Positions 9,371-17,746 of a stretch of DNA of 64,000 nucleotides are shown here, in pieces. A program made the position numbers and the translations under genes. The notes beneath the pieces were generated by a model. The model was not told where the DNA came from. It saw only the letters and a list, made by a program, of their open reading frames with translations, and did no database searches. Location of the stretch: the NCBI GenBank assembly GCA_964348825.1, contig CAYGDX010000002.1, positions 15,489-79,488 on the forward strand, in the 5' to 3' direction. The stretch comes from an uncultured Gammaproteobacteria bacterium. GTDB lineage: Bacteria > Patescibacteriota > Patescibacteriia > Veblenbacterales > UBA10138. Positions within the stretch are counted from its first letter, which is position 1, and the number at the start of each line of letters is the position of its first letter.

Positions 9371-11938
9371 TCAAGCGGTCTGGCTATGACCAACTGATTT
9401 AATATTAGATTTATGATGACTAAAATATTTATAATAACTAAGTTTAGCCAATTCTGTTATTACCAAATACACCAAAACAATCCCTAAAATAAGGCCTAAA
9501 GTGCCTATTTTAGGCGTGATAAAACCAAACCAGCTTTGACTTATTGGTATGAATGGCAAAATAATAGTGATGATAGTGGCTGAAGCAGTTAACAATATAA
9601 TAATTAAACTCGGCGCTTTTGTACGCCAAAGTGGCAATTTCGTACGTACTGAAAACAGGAAAGCCAGCTCAGTTAAAATACTAGCGATAAACCAATTAGT
9701 TTGAAGAACTTGCGCCCCTTGTCGATAAAATAATCCAAAAAAAATAAAATCAAACACTGTGCTCACTACCCCAATCAAAACTGTAAACAAAGTAATATCG
9801 CGCAAATTATAACTATGCGGCTCGGCTATTTCACTAGCATCAACTGTATCACTCGCTATTGCCATCATTGGAAAATCACTCAATAAATTAAGTAATAATA
9901 ATTGCACTGGTAGCATTGGTAAAAAATCAACCAATAAACTCGCCACCGCCACGGCGTAAAAATTACCAAAATTAGAAGTCATGGTAGCCTTGATGTACTT
10001 TACCGTGTTAGCAAAAACTAAACGGCCTTCTTTAATGCCATCAATTATAACGTGCAAACTTTTTTGAAGTAGCACAATATCAGCCGCCTCACGCGCGATA
10101 TCGGAAGCATCGCTTACCACCATACCAACATTAGCCACTTTAAGTGCGGGCGCGTCGTTGATCCCCTCACCTAAAAACCCAACTGTATATTTTCTTTCTA
10201 AAATTTCTATTAAACGAAATTTTTGTTCTGGGTTCAGCCGCGCAAATACTGAATAATTTTCCGCCGCTCGCCTTTGCTCAAGCGGACTTAACTGCCAAAA
10301 CTGTTCACCAGTTAAAACCTTGCTCGCATCAGACACCAAACCAACTTCCTTGGCCACTGCGCCAGCTACCTCCGCGCTATCACCAGTTAGCATTTTCATT
10401 TTCACACCTAAACTGCCGGCCGTTTTAACAGCTTCGTGGGTTGTGGATTTGATTGGATCCACAAAAGAAACGGCGCCGACCAAACTAAAATCTTTAAGCT
10501 CATTTAATTTATTATCAGCCGGTGCGACTTTTAAATTTTTTTGTGTAATAACCAACACGCGACGTCCCAACACGCCTTGAGCCTTTACCCAAGTATTTAA
10601 TTCTTCCTCTTTTTCAGCCGCACGTTTTGATAATGATTTGATCAGCACTTCAGCCGCGCCACGCCTTACTAATTCAATTTTTTTACCACGCTGCCACACT
10701 GAAGTATGGTATTTAAGATGCGGATCAAATGGAATATCTATCAATCTTTTTAAATCATCAATATCTTTTTTATCTTTTTCTGCTAAAGCGCCCCAAAGCG
10801 ATAAATCAAAAGCATTGTTGCTAGTGACTTGTTTAGATTGAATTGGCGGTGCCACAGCGGCCGCGCGAAACAGTACTTCAGTACGTGACATTTCCGGCGC
10901 GTAAACTTCCGCCAAAGTTAATTTATTTTCCGTTAAAGTGCCAGTTTTATCAGTACAAAGCACTTCAATTCGCCCCAAATCTTCAATCGCCGATAGTCGC
11001 TTCACCACCACTTTATGTTTAGCCAATCGTAAAGCACCGTGGGCTAAAGAAAAGGTGGTAACTACTGGCAACCCTTCCGGAATTACACTAACCGCCAGCG
11101 CTACGGCAAAAATTAATAAATCTGGTAAATTAACACTCGCACCTTTGATAATTAAATTAGCTACCACCACGCCAACTAAAGTTATTAAAGTTAATTTCAG
11201 CACAAACTTACTAAAACGCCCCATATCTTGCGCAAAACTACTACGCCGACTAGTTTCCGAAACCAACTTACTCACTTCACCTAGGGCAGTTTGTGTGCCA
11301 ATATTAATTACTACTCCTTCCGCCCGACCACTTACCACTGTGGTGCCAGTAAAACACAAATTACTACTAGCCCAGATTTCTTTCGGCGGAACTTCTAAAA
11401 CTTCAATTGATTTTATTTGAGGCACGGCTTCACCAGTTAAAACTGATTCATCAATTGTAAAATTATCAACTACTACTAAGCGAACATCAGCGGGAATAAT
11501 ATCGCCGGGTTCGAGTATTATTAAATCACCCGGCACAAGTTCATTGGAATTTATTACCACTTCTGTACCATCACGCAAAACCTGCGAACGGTGTTCTACA
11601 TATTGGCTAAGCAATCGTAAGGCATGCTCAGATTTATATTCTTGATAAAAAGAAAGGGCGGCATTTATTAAAATAAAAGCCGCAATAAATACGCCGTCAA
11701 TCCACTCGCCTAAAAATAAGGCGAGTAACCCAGCCGCCACCAATAAATAAACAAACGGCGATTTAAATTGGCGAATTAAAATTTTTGGCCAAGTAATTTT
11801 TTCACTAGCAACTAAATTTCGACCATAAGTTTGCGCCCGCAAAACCGCCTCATTTGAAGAGATACCACTTTTTAGATTAACTTTAAGTTCACGTGCGACT
11901 TGATCAATACTTTGAGTTGAATATAAACTAAGATCCAT
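9371..11938 (-). CDS. cation-transporting P-type ATPase (P2/P3-type, Mg2+/Ca2+-like)
   Basis: 855 aa. CTDKTGTLTENK phosphorylation motif, TGDS, and [11 protein letters not shown] hinge. Confidence 0.9.
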   Translation of the reverse strand: MDLSLYSTQSIDQVARELKVNLKSGISSNEAVLRAQTYGRNLVASEKITWPKILIRQFKSPFVYLLVAAGLLALFLGEWIDGVFIAAFILINAALSFYQEYKSEHALRLLSQYVEHRSQVLRDGTEVVINSNELVPGDLIILEPGDIIPADVRLVVVDNFTIDESVLTGEAVPQIKSIEVLEVPPKEIWASSNLCFTGTTVVSGRAEGVVINIGTQTALGEVSKLVSETSRRSSFAQDMGRFSKFVLKLTLITLVGVVVANLIIKGASVNLPDLLIFAVALAVSVIPEGLPVVTTFSLAHGALRLAKHKVVVKRLSAIEDLGRIEVLCTDKTGTLTENKLTLAEVYAPEMSRTEVLFRAAAVAPPIQSKQVTSNNAFDLSLWGALAEKDKKDIDDLKRLIDIPFDPHLKYHTSVWQRGKKIELVRRGAAEVLIKSLSKRAAEKEEELNTWVKAQGVLGRRVLVITQKNLKVAPADNKLNELKDFSLVGAVSFVDPIKSTTHEAVKTAGSLGVKMKMLTGDSAEVAGAVAKEVGLVSDASKVLTGEQFWQLSPLEQRRAAENYSVFARLNPEQKFRLIEILERKYTVGFLGEGINDAPALKVANVGMVVSDASDIAREAADIVLLQKSLHVIIDGIKEGRLVFANTVKYIKATMTSNFGNFYAVAVASLLVDFLPMLPVQLLLLNLLSDFPMMAIASDTVDASEIAEPHSYNLRDITLFTVLIGVVSTVFDFIFFGLFYRQGAQVLQTNWFIASILTELAFLFSVRTKLPLWRTKAPSLIIILLTASATIITIILPFIPISQSWFGFITPKIGTLGLILGIVLVYLVITELAKLSYYKYFSHHKSNIKSVGHSQTA

Positions 11939-12290
11939 AAGTATATCTTATACCATCCAAAATAAAAACGCCATGTGATTTATAAATTTCTAATCTCTAT
12001 GAATGACTAAGGCGTTTAAATCCTAAACTCTAAACCCTAAATCCTAAACAAACCCAAAATTCTAAATTCAAATGCTTAAAACTTTTTTAGATTTTAGTCA
12101 TTAGGATTTATTTAGAGTTTAGATATTAGGATTTCGGATTTTTGAGGAATTGACCATCATTCTACTTTGCCCCACTACTTAACAAAAGACTCTTGCTTAC
12201 CAGATTTGACTCCAAACCTCTACCGTATTACGTTTAAAGTAAATAAAATACAAATCAATATTCATCAACAAAATAAAAAGGAATGCAAAA

Positions 12291-15077
12291 ATGACACATC
12301 GTTATTTAACATTTTTTACATCACTTTTAATTATTATTTTAACACTCACCGACACAAAAACTTTAGCGCAAACCACCACACCGTTTTACTATGATCGCTT
12401 TGACACCAATGCTTTCCAATTGGTCGGACAAACCACAACCAGTCGTGATCGCATTCGACTTACGCCCGCCCAAGGTAGTAAAAAAGGTGCTATTTGGGAT
12501 TCAACCAAACAAGTTGTAAGCAAACAATTCACAGTTACTTACAAACTTCAAACTAAATATCAAGATACTAGAACTCGCGGCGCCGATGGTTTGGCTTTTG
12601 TAATTCAAAACGAAAAAATTAATGCCATTGGCTACGATGGCGGTAGTATGGGCATCAACATTACAAATAGTGTGGCTTGGCCTTGGGATACTTACTATAA
12701 TGTTGAATATGGTGATCGTAATCGCTTTCACTTGTGCTTACTTACCCGTGGCACTTTAATCAACAACCCCAACCATACCAACGCAATTTTTACTAGTGGT
12801 AGTTTAGCATCCGCGCCTGATACTAATATTCATTTAATTCGCTTAACCTATAATTACGGCAAAATAAAAATTTATTTTGAAGATACTACGCAGGCGTTGG
12901 GTACGACTTATTTGAATTTAAACACTGAACTAAATTTGGATTCTGGCCGGGCTTGGGTGGGCTTTACTGCCGCCACCGGTGGAATTGGCTGGCAAACTCA
13001 TGATATATTATTTTGGTCGTTTGACACTTTAATCAGGCCTCTTCACGAACCAGTAATCATAATTGGCGGTATTATGACTTCCCCACTTTATGATTCAGAA
13101 GATAGCATACTACTTGCGACTGAAAAAATCTGGGCAGACAAAAATCATTTACTCGTACAGCGTGATGATTTTTTACAAGTACTGGAGCTTGCTTCCGACG
13201 GCATAAATCCAGCCCAAAGTAATTATCAAATTAAATTTCCACCCCTTGCCACTACTCCACAAATTCCCACCTTGCAAAATGAGTTAGCCCGTTTACCATT
13301 ATCAACTTATCAACCCTTAGTTCAAGAACTAACTTTACGTGAAAAATATGTCTTGGATAATGGCGATAGTGATCACGGTGAAATGGAAGATTTATTTATC
13401 TTCACTTATGATTGGCGGAAAAGTGCGCAAGTTAATGCTCAAAGATTAAATTTATTGGTGGATAGCGTAATTAAGTGGACAAATTATAACCAAGTAAAAA
13501 TCGTGGCGCACAGTTTAGGTGGTTTGATTACTAAATCTTATGTGGCAGAGTACGGTAGCGATAAACTATCACGAATTGTATTTACTGGCACACCACATTT
13601 GGGCGCGCCGAAAATGGGTTACGTACTTTTAAGTGGCGACCTGATGGGACTATTGGGGTTCGCTGTAAATCACGAAATGATTAAAAATTTAGCGCGAAAT
13701 TTTCCCAGTGCTTATGAATTATTACCCAGCGCTAATTGGTTTAATTTCAGCGGCAATGGCCAAACTTTGAATTCTAATTTATATGGACAATATTTAATAG
13801 CGTCTCGGCAAACTTTGAGTAATTATCCAGCGACGATGAATTATTTAGTCAGGCGACAATTAAATGATGCCGCGGAATTTAACTCGGCACTAATTAATTC
13901 AGCTATCACTAATCAAAACTCTTGGACCAATGTAAACTTTGGCGCTACGGAAATTTATAATGTAGTAGGTTGTAATTTACCAACACCGGGCAGTATTATT
14001 ATTACTTCAGCAAACACTGTACCAATACTTAATTTAAACGGTGATGGTACGGTACCACTTGGTAGTGCGGAAGGAATTAATGATAATTCACGCGCCACAA
14101 TTTATTTATCTAGTGTAAAACATGATGATTTGTGTGCGAATGAAACTGCTGTAAAAATTATAGCTAAATTATTACGCAAAGTAGCTGACACAGTAACGGC
14201 TGGCTACCCATTGGCAAGTACTGTACCGCCAACTAGTTACGGCATAAATACAACTGCTACGCGAGTTGGTTCGCCAGTACTACTCCACGCTTACGATGCC
14301 GAGAATAACCACACTGGCCCAATTAACGATACAACCTGGGAAGCGCAAATTCCGGGGTCAAGTTTTGTGAGCGGTCCTTTGAACGATCCTGAGGCCAGTA
14401 AAATTATTTTACTACCCGCTGGTCAATCTTATCGCACCACTATTACTAATTTACTTGATACGGTATCTAATTTTGATTTATGGTCGCAAAATAATAGTAG
14501 TAATAACGCACCGCAAATAGCCATCTTTAATAATTTAACTTTAGAGAATGGCTCGTCAGCCGCGCGGAGTGATATAAATGAAACCGCGAGTGATTTGGAA
14601 ATTGATCAAAATGGCGATAATGATTACGAAACGATTATTACACCCATTACCAATTTTTCTAAATTACTTGATTCGGGTTGGAATTTAGTTGCCCTGCCAC
14701 TTAAAACCGGAAATGACAGCTTGCTCTCAATTTTTCCAAGCACTCTGCCTTATGGTTTTAGGTTTAATGGGCAATACATATCGAGTGAACAACTTGATTC
14801 AACTAGTGGTTGGTGGATAAAAATTAAAAATGACAACGCAATTGATTTAATTGGACAAAATTTCGCCTTAGACACAATTAATTTAATTAGTGATTGGAAT
14901 TTAATCGGCATTGGTTCAAAGTCAAAAATCGCTACCGAACTCAACACTCTACCGAACGACTTACTCAACAGCCAGTTCTTTAAATACCAAAATGGTTACT
15001 CACCGACTGACACTTTGTACCCTGGCTTTGGCTACTGGATAAAAGCTAAGCAAGCGGGGCAAATAATCCTGCGTTAA
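12291..15077 (+). CDS. secreted L-type lectin domain / alpha-beta-hydrolase (LCAT/PGAP1-like lipase) fusion protein
   Basis: 928 aa with a signal peptide. N-terminal legume-lectin-like block (RIRLTPAQGSKKGAIW ... ADGLAFVIQ). Central lipase nucleophile-elbow motif VAHSLGGLI followed by FTGTPHLGAP. The C-terminal ~350 aa is unassigned. Confidence 0.65.
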   Translation: MTHRYLTFFTSLLIIILTLTDTKTLAQTTTPFYYDRFDTNAFQLVGQTTTSRDRIRLTPAQGSKKGAIWDSTKQVVSKQFTVTYKLQTKYQDTRTRGADGLAFVIQNEKINAIGYDGGSMGINITNSVAWPWDTYYNVEYGDRNRFHLCLLTRGTLINNPNHTNAIFTSGSLASAPDTNIHLIRLTYNYGKIKIYFEDTTQALGTTYLNLNTELNLDSGRAWVGFTAATGGIGWQTHDILFWSFDTLIRPLHEPVIIIGGIMTSPLYDSEDSILLATEKIWADKNHLLVQRDDFLQVLELASDGINPAQSNYQIKFPPLATTPQIPTLQNELARLPLSTYQPLVQELTLREKYVLDNGDSDHGEMEDLFIFTYDWRKSAQVNAQRLNLLVDSVIKWTNYNQVKIVAHSLGGLITKSYVAEYGSDKLSRIVFTGTPHLGAPKMGYVLLSGDLMGLLGFAVNHEMIKNLARNFPSAYELLPSANWFNFSGNGQTLNSNLYGQYLIASRQTLSNYPATMNYLVRRQLNDAAEFNSALINSAITNQNSWTNVNFGATEIYNVVGCNLPTPGSIIITSANTVPILNLNGDGTVPLGSAEGINDNSRATIYLSSVKHDDLCANETAVKIIAKLLRKVADTVTAGYPLASTVPPTSYGINTTATRVGSPVLLHAYDAENNHTGPINDTTWEAQIPGSSFVSGPLNDPEASKIILLPAGQSYRTTITNLLDTVSNFDLWSQNNSSNNAPQIAIFNNLTLENGSSAARSDINETASDLEIDQNGDNDYETIITPITNFSKLLDSGWNLVALPLKTGNDSLLSIFPSTLPYGFRFNGQYISSEQLDSTSGWWIKIKNDNAIDLIGQNFALDTINLISDWNLIGIGSKSKIATELNTLPNDLLNSQFFKYQNGYSPTDTLYPGFGYWIKAKQAGQIILR

Positions 15078-15097
15078 GTAATAAATAATAACAACGC

Positions 15098-15136
15098 AAA
15101 ACCCGAACAAAATATTTGTTCGGGTTTTTTATTTTT
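15098..15136 (+). terminator. rho-independent terminator
   Basis: AAACCCGAACAAAATATTTGTTCGGGTTT followed by a T-run, immediately after the 12291..15077 CDS. Confidence 0.8.
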
Positions 15137-15217
15137 TAATGATTTGTGACATAGCTGTAAGCTTTTTCGTTTGCTTGCCGCATACACGCTGTTAGGTGAT
15201 GTAAAATTTTGTTTGAA

Positions 15218-15952
15218 TTATTCCATCTTACTTCTCTTCTTTTTCCTATGGTTTGTATTCAAATATTTATCCTCAACGAAATAATTAACAGCATAAATAA
15301 AACAAACTAGTCGCCACCAAAATTTGCTTATTTCTTTATAAGTTAAATTATCTCCAAAGCATATTTGGTGTACGTACTCATGTCTCTTTTCAAATAATGT
15401 TCCTACCTGATTTTTCCAATCTGGCAAATTAACTTTTAAGTGTAATTTTGTAACAGAAAAGAAATTTTTCTCTACCTTATTTAATCTATGTTGATGGTTT
15501 TCAACTTCTTCTAAAAAATTGCATTTCAATAGTTTGGAAAAAAATGAATCAATCGTTGTTAAATTTTCAAAAAGCCGATCAATTCCAATTAATTCGCTAA
15601 TTCTAATCGGCTTTCTTGACTTACGTGTTCTTAAGAGTTGATAAGCTTCCCAGATTGTTATTTTTTCTTCCAACAGTTTTTCTAAACCATCATTATTTTT
15701 AATAATCTTTATGTCAGGAATATTTTTTAGAAGATCTTTGAAATAAACTTCCGCGGCTGTAACTAAATTTATTACGTAATTTTTTCTAGCATTAATTTTT
15801 ATTGTTTTAGTTTTTGATTTTTTTTCGACTAAGTAAACTAGCCCTACAGACTCAGCAACCTTTTTGTAAAAAGTTGTAATTGCCTCAGGGCCTCTCTGTT
15901 TAAAAAAATTTCTTTCCTTTTCGATTTTTTTAAGTGCATCTGATAAATTCAT
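15218..15952 (-). CDS. hypothetical protein with C-terminal Rx4H (HEPN-like) motif; third gene of the candidate defence island
   Basis: 244 aa, AT-rich codon usage. FEKRHEYVHQ fits the HEPN Rx4-6H signature. No other recognisable domain. Confidence 0.4.
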   Translation of the reverse strand: MNLSDALKKIEKERNFFKQRGPEAITTFYKKVAESVGLVYLVEKKSKTKTIKINARKNYVINLVTAAEVYFKDLLKNIPDIKIIKNNDGLEKLLEEKITIWEAYQLLRTRKSRKPIRISELIGIDRLFENLTTIDSFFSKLLKCNFLEEVENHQHRLNKVEKNFFSVTKLHLKVNLPDWKNQVGTLFEKRHEYVHQICFGDNLTYKEISKFWWRLVCFIYAVNYFVEDKYLNTNHRKKKRSKME

Positions 15953-16192
15953 AGTAAAATTTTATGTCACCTAACATCTCGGGATATCTGATGTTTGCCG
16001 TAGCGTAGCGGAGACAAATATGGGTGGAGGCTTTTGTATAAAAGCCGTAACCAGATATGCCGTGTTATATGATGTATGCTTTTCTTTTTGTCTCGCCTCA
16101 GCGAGACCACTTTTCTGTAATGAACAAATTTTATTTTTGTCTTGGCGAAGGGGCAGAGGGGCTGGGGGTGAATGCCCCGAAGCCAAGACTCC

Positions 16193-17677
16193 TTATTTTC
16201 TTTCTAATTGCCACTTGTAAACTCTTTTAAGCTCATAAACAGTTATTTCTTCATTTTCTTCACATTCTCTCCCTAATTGTAATTGGATGTTATTCTTTGT
16301 TTTCCATGGATCCATTGAGCTTTCCAACAAGTCTTTTATTTTTGATTTAAAAATATTCGTTATTTGAACATAATTCTCGTCCGTTTCTTGGTCATCAATT
16401 AATATAACATCCTTGGGCTTCAAAAAGGAGTATTTATCGTTTATTTCATACAATGTATCAAATTGATATTCTTTAAATTTTTTTTTACTTTCTTCGTCCA
16501 AAATTATTTTTTTATCTGTATAGATCTTAGAAAACTTACCTTTCTTGAATGTTTTTGGAAAAATGTTAACTCTCTTATACTCATCTGTTAAATTTATCTC
16601 TTTACCATTTATTTTAAGTATGTTTCTGCAGCCTGAAAAAGGCCCCATATCTCCTAGAAAATCCACATAGAGATGTGGAAAATCACAGTAAGTATCCCCC
16701 TTGTCATCAATTAATGCGATGTCGGAGTATTTTATCAAACAATCAATAGTAAAATGACCTTTGTGTTTTCGTGGCAGAAAGTCCCAAAAATCATCGACGA
16801 GTTCTTTATTATCAGATATTTTTTTTCTCTCATCGTTATTATGCTCTCGTTGCAGATGAATCAAATCTACTTCTTTAGTAAAATCCCATTCTTTTTTTTC
16901 TGTGTCTATGTATGCAAAATATTCATGATTATGACACCATAGGCCTACTGGGTGATGACTAAATGCAACATATTCCTTCCAGCGAGGCTTTGTCTCAAAA
17001 TCTTTGTACTCCCGTTGATATGGATAATTTGTATCTTTAAGATCTCTCACTAAAACTGACTTATAAAATTGATGGCCTTCCCCAACGGTTCTGAATAATT
17101 TATTTTTTATACTTACCGCCGATCTGATTTCTGCTGTTTTGGACTTTCTTTTACTTACCAGTGAAATGCCAAAAAATGTGAAAAGTATCCTGTCATTTTT
17201 TGGTAAATGTAGCATGTCTTCCAGCTCTGCCTTTCCCCATAGATAAAATTCCATTACACCTTTTTCTCTAAGTTCTTTACGGAATATATCATATGATTCT
17301 TTAGAAAAATTAGCAGACGCGGCTAAGATATACCCATATGGCGGATTTTTTGCATCCACATCAGAAAGAATTGATTTTATTTTTTTTGGACCTATTTCTT
17401 TTTCTCTTTTTCCTTGAATCATCCATAAGTTTCCCTCCATAGGATGAATCAGTTCTTCTTCGACATTATTTTCGTTTTCGGAAGTAGAAATTATTTCAGC
17501 TTTTTCATATGCACGAATATCAAACCCACTATCGCTTCCGCTTCTCCCAGTAGCTTCAATATTCTGCCAATCTTTAAAATCATATATTAATTCTCGAATT
17601 AAATCCTCAAAGCGATGGGGGTCTAAATCCTCAAAATGTATGGGGTTGTATGTTCTTGTGATTTTAGCTTTTGCCAT
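16193..17677 (-). CDS. Mrr-type restriction endonuclease (PD-(D/E)xK) N-terminal domain protein with unknown C-terminal domain
   Basis: 494 aa. The N-terminus follows the Mrr_cat profile order: FEDLIRELIYDF ... ATGRSGSDSGFDI ... WMIQGKRE ... YILAASANFSKESYD ... EFYLWGKAELEDML. The C-terminal ~300 aa is unassigned. Confidence 0.6.
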   Translation of the reverse strand: MAKAKITRTYNPIHFEDLDPHRFEDLIRELIYDFKDWQNIEATGRSGSDSGFDIRAYEKAEIISTSENENNVEEELIHPMEGNLWMIQGKREKEIGPKKIKSILSDVDAKNPPYGYILAASANFSKESYDIFRKELREKGVMEFYLWGKAELEDMLHLPKNDRILFTFFGISLVSKRKSKTAEIRSAVSIKNKLFRTVGEGHQFYKSVLVRDLKDTNYPYQREYKDFETKPRWKEYVAFSHHPVGLWCHNHEYFAYIDTEKKEWDFTKEVDLIHLQREHNNDERKKISDNKELVDDFWDFLPRKHKGHFTIDCLIKYSDIALIDDKGDTYCDFPHLYVDFLGDMGPFSGCRNILKINGKEINLTDEYKRVNIFPKTFKKGKFSKIYTDKKIILDEESKKKFKEYQFDTLYEINDKYSFLKPKDVILIDDQETDENYVQITNIFKSKIKDLLESSMDPWKTKNNIQLQLGRECEENEEITVYELKRVYKWQLERK

Positions 17678-17746
17678 ATTTCTTAATTAATTGTGCTTTT
17701 TGGAAAATGTGGAGAGGTGAATGCCCCAAAGTTAAAGCTACTTCTT

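Noticed and set aside
10320-11420. Plus-strand ORFs (86, 67 and 160 aa) inside the P-type ATPase gene
   Set aside because: They are antisense to a gene with canonical [15 protein letters not shown] motifs. Their composition is Ser/Thr/Pro-rich and low-complexity.
12167-12394. 75-aa ORF upstream of and overlapping the lectin-lipase gene start
   Set aside because: It lies in the AT-word repeat promoter region, has N/K/F-rich low-complexity translation, and overlaps the real start in another frame.
15971-16220. 71-aa (-) and 66-aa (+) ORFs in the island spacer
   Set aside because: Both cover the GC-rich hairpin-dense spacer. The translations are Pro/Gly/Arg-rich with no start context, so the spacer is treated as non-coding structured sequence.
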